This document shows, in pieces, positions 28,576-36,810 of a stretch of 43,971 bases of DNA. The notes beneath the pieces were generated by a model. That model was given only the letters and a program-made list of their open reading frames with translations, did no database searches and was not told where the DNA came from. The stretch comes from Candidatus Acidiferrales bacterium. GTDB lineage: Bacteria; Desulfobacterota; Binatia; Binatales; Binataceae. A program made the translations under genes and the position numbers. Each line of letters starts with the position of its first letter. Positions within the stretch are counted from its first letter, which is position 1. The stretch covers positions 1-43,971 of the forward strand of contig DATNLS010000030.1 of assembly GCA_035602775.1 (NCBI GenBank), given 5' to 3'.

Positions 28576-30816
28576 TCAAATTTCGACGCGGACGCCGCCG
28601 GATTTTTCTTTCACTTCGATTGCTGCGCCGTCGGGGAATCGGCGCAGCACGAACGAGACGCTGCCGTCGCCGACCTTCAGTCCATCGATGCTGAGCCAGT
28701 CCAGCCACGATGGCAGCACGTGCGTGTCGAAAAAGACGCGGCGCTCGAATCCCAGCACGCGCATCCCAAGCATCGCCTGCAGGATCATGAAGATGCTCGC
28801 CGCCGACCACGCTTGCGGATAACACGCCACCGGATATGGCACCGGGCCTAAGCCAGTCTCACGGCGAAAGCCGCAGAAGAGTTCAGGCAGACTCGAAGTG
28901 TTGAGCTTTTCCGACGCGAGGACCAGGCCCTCGAGCACCTTCAGCACGCCGGCATGGTCGCAAGCGCGCGCGAGTCCGAGCGCCGCGATCGCGTTGTCAT
29001 GCGGCCAGACCGAGCCGTTGTGATAGCTCATCGGGTTGTAGCGTTTCTCGTTGCCCGAGAGCGTGCGGATTCCCCATCCCGAGTACATGTCGTCGGCGAG
29101 CAAACGTTTGCACATCGCGGCCGCGCGCTCGCCATCGACCAGCCCGGTCGCAAGGCAATGAGCGCCGTTCGACGCCATCACGCGGCATGGGCGTCCGTCG
29201 GCGTCGAGCGCCAGCGCGATCATGCCCTCGGGCTCGAGCCAGAAGTCGCGCTCGAACGATTGCTTCAGCTTGGACGCGCGCGTCAGCAGCCGATCCGCGA
29301 CGTGGCCGCGTCCCAGCCGCGTCGCGACCGACGCGACGTCCATGCAGGCCGCGTAAACGTAGCCCTGCACTTCTGCCAGCGCGATCGGCGGACGTGCGAG
29401 CTGGCCGTCATGATGAAAAATGGCGTCCTCGGAATCCTTCCAGCCCTGGTTGGCCAGCCCGCGCCGAGTCTCGCGCTTATATTTGACGTAACCGTCGCCG
29501 TCGCGATCGCCATATTGCTCGATCCATCCGATCGCACGCTCGACGTTGGGCCAGAGCTCGTCTGCGAGCTCGAGGTCGCCGGTCGACTCGACGCAGCGTC
29601 CGTACAGCCACAGGAAAAGTGGCGTCGAATCTACGCTGCCGTAGTATCGGCCGAACGGTATCTCGCCGGTCGCCGCCATCTCGCCGCTGCGCATCTCGTG
29701 CACGATTTTGCCGGGCTGCTCGTCGCGCGCCTCATTGACGGTTTCGCCCTGAAGCTGGGCCAGCGTCCGCAGCGTTCGCACGGCGATTTGCGGATGAAAC
29801 GGCAGAATCGACAGCGCCGTGATGATGCTGTCGCGTCCGAACAGCGTGGCGAACCACGGAACGCCGGCCATGATGAACGCGCTTTTCTCACCGCGCGCAA
29901 CGATCGAAGTCAGATCGACGCATGCGTGCCCAATCATGGTCGCGAATTCGTTGTTGCTGGCTGCGATGCGTGCCCATTCGCCGCGGAAATTCGCCAGCTC
30001 GGATTGCCGTTCGTCGAGCGCCGCGCCGAAGTTGGCGGCGCGATTCGGCGGAGCACAGGAGTATGTTGGCGCTTCACCTACGGCCGTGATTCGGCACTCG
30101 AGCTGGCGGTTTTCACCTGGCTCGAGGCGCAACACGAACACCGCGCGATTCTCGTCTACCCTGGTCGGAGCAGCATCAAAACGAATCTCGGTCGAACGTG
30201 TGACGTTATCCAGACCCCGATAGCGAAGCTCGACGCCGCTGTCGTCAACCGAGGGACTCAACATTTCACCGCGGCGCGCGCGACGCAGGCCACGCACTTC
30301 GAAGACATCCGCGAAATCGACCGCGTAGTAAAAATCGATCTCGATTTCGACTGCCACGTCAACGTAATTATGCAGCGCCAGCCGATGGTACAGCGCGGCG
30401 CCATTGAGGACCCATCCGCGGTTCACTCTGATCGAATTGCGCGGCAGCCAATCCGGCTGCCCCTTCTTTCCGAGATCGGCGTTGGTAAGCGTGGCGCGGA
30501 ACTGCGCGCGGTCGTCGCTCAAATATGAATTGAGAAAGTAAGGCTCACTGCCCGCAATCAGCATCTCGAAGCGGCTCAGATGCCGCGTATCGGAGTTGAA
30601 AAAACCGAGCGCCTCGATCGGCGAATCGATAATGTCGCCGGCCGTCTCGAACACCGCGAAACTGCGCCCGTTCGCGAGCACCGCGCTCGCCCGGCGCGAC
30701 GCGAGCGACGACGCCAGCACATAGTAGTCCGAGCCTACTTTGACGACCTGCGCTGGCGCGGCGGGAGCCCTAAGTTCTGCCATGATGGGTGCGGTTTCAG
30801 CTTGCCGAGGAGGCAA
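28576..30816 (-). CDS. Amylo-alpha-1,6-glucosidase family protein (GDE_C-type catalytic domain with bacterial/archaeal debranching-enzyme N-terminal domain)
   Basis: VKVGSDYYVLAS N-terminal region. GVPWFATLFGRDSIITA, GKIVHEMR, YHNGSVWPHDNA. Start is TTG 30816 or ATG 30783. Confidence 0.85.
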   Translation of the reverse strand: MPPRQAETAPIMAELRAPAAPAQVVKVGSDYYVLASSLASRRASAVLANGRSFAVFETAGDIIDSPIEALGFFNSDTRHLSRFEMLIAGSEPYFLNSYLSDDRAQFRATLTNADLGKKGQPDWLPRNSIRVNRGWVLNGAALYHRLALHNYVDVAVEIEIDFYYAVDFADVFEVRGLRRARRGEMLSPSVDDSGVELRYRGLDNVTRSTEIRFDAAPTRVDENRAVFVLRLEPGENRQLECRITAVGEAPTYSCAPPNRAANFGAALDERQSELANFRGEWARIAASNNEFATMIGHACVDLTSIVARGEKSAFIMAGVPWFATLFGRDSIITALSILPFHPQIAVRTLRTLAQLQGETVNEARDEQPGKIVHEMRSGEMAATGEIPFGRYYGSVDSTPLFLWLYGRCVESTGDLELADELWPNVERAIGWIEQYGDRDGDGYVKYKRETRRGLANQGWKDSEDAIFHHDGQLARPPIALAEVQGYVYAACMDVASVATRLGRGHVADRLLTRASKLKQSFERDFWLEPEGMIALALDADGRPCRVMASNGAHCLATGLVDGERAAAMCKRLLADDMYSGWGIRTLSGNEKRYNPMSYHNGSVWPHDNAIAALGLARACDHAGVLKVLEGLVLASEKLNTSSLPELFCGFRRETGLGPVPYPVACYPQAWSAASIFMILQAMLGMRVLGFERRVFFDTHVLPSWLDWLSIDGLKVGDGSVSFVLRRFPDGAAIEVKEKSGGVRVEI

Positions 30817-31131
30817 ACTGGCGCGACTCTGACTCGTCGAGTTTAGGTGAAAAGGGCGTCCTCATACCATATGTCGTGGTTCTGAAACGGCCAACCACCA
30901 GGGGTAGTTTCGTTCCGTCAAAATCTATTTTTGCGGTGCATGGCCTTCGCCAGACTTTCGGTGAGCTGGGGAATCTGCTTCGGCTGTCCATTCCCTAAAA
31001 GCTAACACAGAAAATCTGACGGGGGCAGGCAAAATAGTTCACCCCACATACCTCATCTTGGTTTCAGAGAAGGGGCAGAATCTTGAATCGCGCGCAAAAA
31101 ATGCGCGCTGTAGTCGGACCCTCACCTTCAT

Positions 31132-31152
31132 CCTCGCCCTAACAGGGCGAGG
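31132..31152 (-). terminator. Stem-loop 16 nt downstream of the GT4 stop (possible terminator, no U-tract)
   Basis: CCTCGCCC-TAACA-GGGCGAGG: perfect 8-bp stem with a 5-nt loop. The minus-strand sequence that follows is not T-rich. Confidence 0.3.
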
Positions 31153-31167
31153 AGACAGAAGCGCCGA

Positions 31168-32286
31168 TTATCGGCCGACAGCCGCTTGCTGCGTTTCGAA
31201 CTCCGGCACGGGCGCGTCCAGGCCGATCAGTCGATGGTAGACGCGCTCGTATTTCTCGATCATCACCTCCGAGGTGAAGCGTTCCTCGAATTCGAGCCGG
31301 CATCGCTCGCGTGGAATCGATTCGATCTTGCCGACCGCGGCCACCAGTTCGTCAATTTCCCTTGCGATAAATCCGGTGACATTCGGCCGGATGACTTCGG
31401 GCACGGCTCCGCACGGACGCGCGATGACCGGTGTGCCGCACGCGAGCGCCTCGATCATCGCAAGGCCGAACGGCTCGGGCCAGTCAATCGTGAACAGCAG
31501 CGCGAGCGCGCCTCCGAGAAACTCGCTCTTCTGCGTGTCGTCGATTTCGCCGATATATTCAATCATCGGCGGCTTGATCAGCGGCTTGATCACCTCGTCA
31601 AAGTACACGCGATCAACCGCATCGACCTTGGCCGCAATCTTGAGCGGCACTCCCGATCTGAGCGCGACTTCGATCGCGACATCGATGCCTTTTTCAGGCG
31701 ATATGCGTCCGATGAAGGCAAGATACTTTCCACTTCGTTCGTTGAAGCGCAGCAGGTCGCGCGGCATGCCGTGATACACCGTATCGACCCAATTCATGTG
31801 CGCTAGCGGCGCGCGTTGCGAATCGCTGATCGACACCAACGCAGCTTCGGGGAATCAACGGTACACCGGATGAAGGTCGGGGATATCGAGCCGTCCATGC
31901 ATCGTGGAAACGGTCGGCACTCCCGTCAGCCTGGCAAACGGGAACGACCAATAGTCGATGTGCGAATGCACGATGTCGAAACTGTCGCGAGCGCTTTCGA
32001 AAACCTCCGCCAGCATCGCCAACTGCAGTGACGCCCCGAGTTCAGGCTTCCCCATAAGACGCAGTGCCTGGGGACACCCAGGTGCCAGATTCGCGCGCGT
32101 CTGCGAATCACCCGCCGCGAACAGCGTCACTTCGTGGCCGCGCCGCACGAGTTCCTCGGTGACGTACGAAACGACACGCTCAGTGCCGCCGTAGAGTTTG
32201 GGCGGCACGCTTTCATAGAGAGGAGCGATCTGTGCGACGCGCAAGCGTCGAGAGCTGGCGCTTCCGAAATTCCCGTTGGTATCCAA
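31168..32286 (-). pseudogene. GT4 (GT-B fold) glycosyltransferase interrupted by a single in-frame TGA
   Basis: ORFs 31855-32454 and 31168-31839 are in the same frame. Read across plus-strand tca at 31855-31857 they give ...HGRLDIPDLHPVYR*FPEAALVSISDSQRAPL.... Together they form a normal GT4 of about 372 aa: RVAQIAPLYESVPPKLYGGTERVV, GRISPEKG, EPFGLAMIEALACGTPVIA. Proposed start TTG 32286 has GGAGAG 6 nt upstream. Confidence 0.75.
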
Positions 32287-32552
32287 TTTAATCTCTCCGC
32301 CCTGACTGTGAAAAAATTTGACCGACAAGAAAGCTCCCCTTCTAAGCGGCAATGCGCTTCGAGAATCAAAGCGCAGTAGGAGCGAAAACCATGCCATCGA
32401 TTTTCGCGGCCAAGTCCTAGATAACGCCTGCAAAGCGAAACCCACGCTTTTCAACGATTTTTGGAAGTGCGAAAATTTTACGCGGCGAGCGCGCGGCGGA
32501 TCGAAAGCGAAGCCGAGCTTAATTACTGTGCAAGATAGAAAAGGCAGTCGCG

Positions 32553-33266
32553 CTATTGGCTATCGCAATTTCCCATCGGACTTTGGACCTTGGCGGTGCC
32601 GCCGCTGCTGTTGTCGCATACGGGCGCAATAGTGTCGCTGCCTTGTGCTGTAGCACCGCCCGTTGCTTGCGCCGAGACGTCGCTTCCATCGATCGAACAC
32701 GACGCGTCAGCTTCCCCCTTCGAGTCTGCGGTTGCCGTGGTACTGCATGCGGCGGATGTGTTGGCGTTCGCATCGCCGTCGTCCGATTTTGCAGTCGCAG
32801 AACCTTTGCCGCTCCCGTCCGCGGAGGCGCTCGACGATCCATGGTGTGTTGCGGTCGCATTCGCGACATCGCCGGGCGAAGTATCCGCCTCGGCATTACC
32901 GCCGGAGGATGAAACAGCTTTGGCTTGACCGCCGCTCGCGTTTACCGTCGAGAGGCTGCGCGAATCGGAAATTGCCTTTCCTACACCGCTGCTTGATGCG
33001 TAAGCGGTTGCGGCCGAGTGCGCACCGGCAGTGGCATTCGCGACACCAAGAGTTTGAGAGCTCGCGTAGCCATTGGAACCCGGGCCATTGCCATGCGCAA
33101 TACTCTTCGCGCCGCTGCCATCGGACTCCGCCTCACATTGGCCGGCAGTGAAACTGTGCTTAGCCTGGAATGAACCGTTGCTCGACTTGCACGTGACACC
33201 CGCATAGGACGAGGCAGCCGTAACGGCCAGAATTAGAGGCGCAGCCAGGGGCCCAATTTTTCGCAT
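32553..33266 (-). CDS. Secreted Ala/Ser/Gly-rich repeat protein with six cysteines (hypothetical)
   Basis: ATG start and classic signal peptide MRKIGPLAAPLILAVTAASSYAG. The mature part consists of roughly 10-residue units with alternating A-x-A-x-(A/S) followed by G/S/D turns. No family recognised. Confidence 0.6.
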   Translation of the reverse strand: MRKIGPLAAPLILAVTAASSYAGVTCKSSNGSFQAKHSFTAGQCEAESDGSGAKSIAHGNGPGSNGYASSQTLGVANATAGAHSAATAYASSSGVGKAISDSRSLSTVNASGGQAKAVSSSGGNAEADTSPGDVANATATHHGSSSASADGSGKGSATAKSDDGDANANTSAACSTTATADSKGEADASCSIDGSDVSAQATGGATAQGSDTIAPVCDNSSGGTAKVQSPMGNCDSQ

Positions 33267-33386
33267 CGATTAATCCCAACGCAGAGTGACTGACAGTTCA
33301 GTCCAGCATGCATGTATTAAGCTCACCACTCTCTGTGTGCAAGAGAAGGTCAGTATGTTTCGGCGGAATATTCCAGTGAGCTGAAA

Positions 33387-33463
33387 TGGTCGGGGTGGCC
33401 GGATTTGAACCGGCGACCACTCGCACCCCAAGCGAGTGCGCTACCAGTCTGCGCCACACCCCG
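33387..33463 (-). tRNA. tRNA-Pro, anticodon GGG, CCA encoded
   Basis: The reverse complement folds by hand into a cloverleaf: CGGGGTG-TG-GCGC-AGACTGGTA-GCGC-A-CTCGC-TTGGGGT-GCGAG-TGGTC-GCCGG-TTCAAAT-CCGGC-CACCCCG-A-CCA. Total 77 nt. Confidence 0.93.
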
Positions 33464-33514
33464 ACGCGTCGAACATTATATATTCGCTTCCGGCAAGACC
33501 AGCGTGCGCGAGTG

Positions 33515-34258
33515 TCAGACTTTCTTCTTCGGCGCGACGCGCGGACGCCATTGCACGAACGCTCGCATATCGACCTGAAACGTCCACGCGCTTTTCGACT
33601 GATTGATGAGGTGCACTATCTCGTCGCAGATCGCCGCGGGCGGCACGAAGTGCGAAGGATCGGTGTCTGGCATCGACTCGCGCACTCGCGCACTGTCCAC
33701 CGCGCCGTCCACGTCGAGCGCGGCCGCATGCACGCCAAGATGCATGAACTCGTAGGCCACCGACTCCGCGATCGCGCGCTGCGCCAGCTTTGACGCGTTG
33801 TAGGCCGAGTATTGCGCCGGTCCGCTGCGCGACTCCGACCCCAGCACGAAGATCACCGTGCCGGCTTTGCGCTCGGCCATCTTGCCGATTACGGCTTGCG
33901 TGCAGAAGAACGGCCCGTACGCGTTCACCTTGAGCTGGAAGTCGAAATCCTCTTCGGTGATTTCGGTGAAGCGCTTGCGCAGGTACGCGCCCGCGTTGTT
34001 GATCAGCACCGAGATCGGTCCGAGCTCGCGCTCGACCGTCTCGACCGCGGCGACCACCTGATCGCGGCGCGCGACGTCGGTCGGCGTCACGACCGCCTTG
34101 CCGCCTTGCGCGCGAATCAGTTCGGCGGTTTCGTCGAGCTGCGACTTGGTGCGCGCGATCAGCCCGACCGCGTAGCCTTCTTTTGCCATCCGAAGCGCGA
34201 TGTCGCGGCCGATGCCGCGGCCTGCGCCGGTTACCAATGCGACTTTTGTTTCCGACAT
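33515..34258 (-). CDS. SDR-family oxidoreductase
   Basis: TGAGRGIG, NNAG, and S...YNASK (the Y-x3-K catalytic motif). Preferred start is the ATG giving MSETKVALVTGAG, not the upstream alternative at 34294. Confidence 0.88.
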   Translation of the reverse strand: MSETKVALVTGAGRGIGRDIALRMAKEGYAVGLIARTKSQLDETAELIRAQGGKAVVTPTDVARRDQVVAAVETVERELGPISVLINNAGAYLRKRFTEITEEDFDFQLKVNAYGPFFCTQAVIGKMAERKAGTVIFVLGSESRSGPAQYSAYNASKLAQRAIAESVAYEFMHLGVHAAALDVDGAVDSARVRESMPDTDPSHFVPPAAICDEIVHLINQSKSAWTFQVDMRAFVQWRPRVAPKKKV

Positions 34259-34349
34259 AACGCGGAATCTTAGCCGCTCGCGGCCAGCGTGCAAACCTTA
34301 TGCAGGCGAACTGCAGATTTCGCCTTGGCCCCTCCACCCAACCGGTGTA

Positions 34350-35042
34350 ATGTTTTCTTCTATGAAGACCACGCGGTTATTCGTAGCAATTTTTGCAGCG
34401 CTCGCGATGACCGTTTTTGTGAATGCCCGGCTCGCGTTCTCACAGGATGCGGCTGATGCGGCCGATGCCGATTCGAGTGGCGCTGTGTCCGGCACCAGCG
34501 TCGATGCCGATTGGGAATCCGGCGGACCCGCGCTAGATGAGGACGCAGACACAGCGGACAAGGTACTCGAGATTCCACAAGCGACCTGTCCCGGTGGCGC
34601 GCCCGCTCCTTGCGCGGGCAACGATAACGATGACGATGACGCCGACGGCGAAGCCATCAATGCGCCTTCGCCGGGTGCGCCACCGGCAACTGCCGATGAA
34701 GATACTGCCAACGGTGGCGTGCCCGATGTCGATTTTGGCACCGCCGACGAGTACGCGAATCAGCAGGAGTACGCGGCTCCCTACGCGGTGTATCCTTACC
34801 CTTACGCAGTCAACCCTAACGCAATCGGCGGCGCAGGGTCGGTGAACCGGTCTCCGCGAGTTTACGGGTCTACGATGGCGAGCCCCGGAATCCAAGCTGC
34901 TCTCCCGCTCACCCAGGCCGCCCTCCCGCTGAATCAGGGCGCGTGGGTGAATTCCGCTAATGCGTCCTATTTCGGCCGTCCCGCCGGCAGTCCGATGATG
35001 GGGATGATGAGACCGGGTCCGGCCTTCGGATTCCATCATTAG
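34350..35042 (+). CDS. Secreted acidic, low-complexity hypothetical protein
   Basis: Signal peptide MKTTRLFVAIFAALAMTVFVNARLAFSQ. Asp/Ala-rich region, a CPGGAPAPC pair, and a Tyr/Pro-rich segment YAAPYAVYPYPYAV. Start is ATG 34350 or 34362. The ORF upstream to 34200 overlaps the divergent SDR gene. Confidence 0.55.
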   Translation: MFSSMKTTRLFVAIFAALAMTVFVNARLAFSQDAADAADADSSGAVSGTSVDADWESGGPALDEDADTADKVLEIPQATCPGGAPAPCAGNDNDDDDADGEAINAPSPGAPPATADEDTANGGVPDVDFGTADEYANQQEYAAPYAVYPYPYAVNPNAIGGAGSVNRSPRVYGSTMASPGIQAALPLTQAALPLNQGAWVNSANASYFGRPAGSPMMGMMRPGPAFGFHH

Positions 35043-35141
35043 CAACGCCTCGTGGCCCGTTTCTTTTAGATCAAGTTCGCGCGCTATTATCTTTGCCCGA
35101 TCGCGTCGCTATCGTCGGCGCCCGTCGGACGGAGATTTGTA

Positions 35142-35912
35142 ATGTTGATAACGGTTGACGTGGGCAACAGCCACACCGTGATTGGAATTTACGAAGGCGA
35201 GCGCCTGCGCAATCACTGGCGCATCTCGACCATTCCCGATCGCACGACCGACGAGCATGGCGCGCTGCTCAACACTTTGCTCGCCGGCGGCGGCCTGGAA
35301 GGCGGCGTCCGGCCTGAAGGCGTCGCGATCGCGTGCGTGGTTCCACCTCTCAACCAAGTGATGGAGCAGCTGGCCGAGCGCTACTTCCATTGCACGCCGC
35401 TGATGGTCGGTCCGGGAATCAAAACCGGGATGCCGATCCTCTACGAGAATCCAAAGGAAGTGGGCGCGGATCGAATCGTCAACGCGGTCGCCGCCTACGA
35501 GCGCTACGCGTGCGCGACGATCGTCGTCGATTTCGGCACTGCTACCACCTTTGACTACGTGACCGGCAAGGGCGAGTACGCCGGCGGCGCGATTGCGCCC
35601 GGCCTCGGCGTTTCGATGAACGCGTTGATCGAGCACGCGGCCAAGCTCTATCGGGTCGAGCTGGTCCGTCCGCGCGAGGCGGTTGGGCGCACCACGGTCG
35701 GCTCGATTCAGTCGGGGCTGATCTTCGGCTACACCGCGCTGGTGGACGGCCTCGTCACGCGTATCCTGAAAGAGCGCGGCGAAAAAGCGCGCATCATCGC
35801 GACCGGCGGCCTCGCCGAATTGATTGCGCCCGAAAGCGAAACGATTGAAGAGGTCGACGAGTTTTTGACATTGAAGGGACTTCGGCTGATATTTGAGCGG
35901 AACCGGCGCTAG
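35142..35912 (+). CDS. coaX: Type III pantothenate kinase
   Basis: MLITVDVGNSHTVIG, GADRIVNAVAA, VVDFGTATTFD, IATGG. GGAG lies 9 nt upstream of the ATG. Confidence 0.92.
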   Translation: MLITVDVGNSHTVIGIYEGERLRNHWRISTIPDRTTDEHGALLNTLLAGGGLEGGVRPEGVAIACVVPPLNQVMEQLAERYFHCTPLMVGPGIKTGMPILYENPKEVGADRIVNAVAAYERYACATIVVDFGTATTFDYVTGKGEYAGGAIAPGLGVSMNALIEHAAKLYRVELVRPREAVGRTTVGSIQSGLIFGYTALVDGLVTRILKERGEKARIIATGGLAELIAPESETIEEVDEFLTLKGLRLIFERNRR

Positions 35913-35931
35913 GCTTTCGAGGGGACGTTCG

Positions 35932-36810
35932 ATGAGCAAGCAGGGGCGGGTCGTGACCGATTCGATGATCGGTCTCAAGATGCCGGATTACTCGCGGATC
36001 TCACCGCGCGTCGCGACCGTGCTCGGCCAGAATCCGAGTCCGTTCACCGGCCCGGGCACCAACACGTACCTCGTCGGAACTTCGAAGCGTCCAATACTTC
36101 TCGACACGGGGCAGGGCGTCGCCATCTACGCCGACTTGCTTGAAACGGCGCTCAAGGAACTTTCCGGCAGCGCCGAGCTCGAGCGAATTGTGCTGACGCA
36201 TGCGCACGTCGATCACCTGGGAGGCGTCAAGCAGGTCACCGAGCGATTCGGCGAGATGGAAGTGCTGAAGATGCCGTGGGAGGGCCACGACGCTCCCGCC
36301 GGCGAGATTTCCGCCATCGGCCACGACACGGTCGTTCATACCGAGGGCGCCACCCTGCGCGCGGTTTTTACTCCTGGCCACGCACCTGATCACCTGTGCT
36401 ACTATCTCGAGGAAGAGCGCGCACTGTTCACGGGGGACGTCGTGCTGGGGGCAGGTACTACAGTCATTCCGGACGATACCGGCGACTTGGGCGAGTACAT
36501 GGATTCGCTCAGCCGGCTGCTCGCGCTCGAGCTCGAGACGATTTATCCGGCGCACGGCCCGGTCATCCGCAATCCGAAAGAAAAGATCGGCGAGTATATT
36601 GCTCATCGCGAACTGCGCGAGCGCCAGGTGCTAGAAGCGCTGGCCGACGGCGCGGCGCCGCTTGACGCGATGGCAATCGTGAAGAAGATCTACGTCGACT
36701 ATCCGGAGTATCTGCATGCTGCGGCTGCAAGCTCGATTCGCTCTCATCTGAAAAAGCTCGAGCGCGAGGGCCGCGTGGTGGAGCATGAAAAGCGCTGGAG
36801 TCTCAACTAG
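35932..36810 (+). CDS. MBL-fold metallo-hydrolase (LACTB2-like)
   Basis: THAHVDHLGG, GHAPDH, FTGD, and RISPRV..VLGQNPSPFTGPGTNTYLVG. ATG 35932 is preceded by GAGGGGA. Confidence 0.85.
   Translation: MSKQGRVVTDSMIGLKMPDYSRISPRVATVLGQNPSPFTGPGTNTYLVGTSKRPILLDTGQGVAIYADLLETALKELSGSAELERIVLTHAHVDHLGGVKQVTERFGEMEVLKMPWEGHDAPAGEISAIGHDTVVHTEGATLRAVFTPGHAPDHLCYYLEEERALFTGDVVLGAGTTVIPDDTGDLGEYMDSLSRLLALELETIYPAHGPVIRNPKEKIGEYIAHRELRERQVLEALADGAAPLDAMAIVKKIYVDYPEYLHAAAASSIRSHLKKLEREGRVVEHEKRWSLN

Noticed and set aside
31090-31108. Hairpin GCGCGCA-AAAAA-TGCGCGC as an intrinsic terminator
   Set aside because: The T/A run is the loop, not a 3' U-tract, on either strand. The structure is real but the terminator function is unsupported.
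31855-31857. Selenocysteine or reassigned-code reading of the in-frame TGA in the GT4 gene
   Set aside because: TGA terminates many clearly complete genes in this window. The position is a non-catalytic linker of a GT-B enzyme. I see no convincing SECIS-like hairpin just downstream.
32556-33151. Three plus-strand ORFs (118, 112 and 162 aa) antisense to the Ala/Ser/Gly repeat gene
   Set aside because: They are mirror images of a GC-rich repetitive coding region. None has a signal peptide, an SD or a start context comparable with the minus-strand gene.
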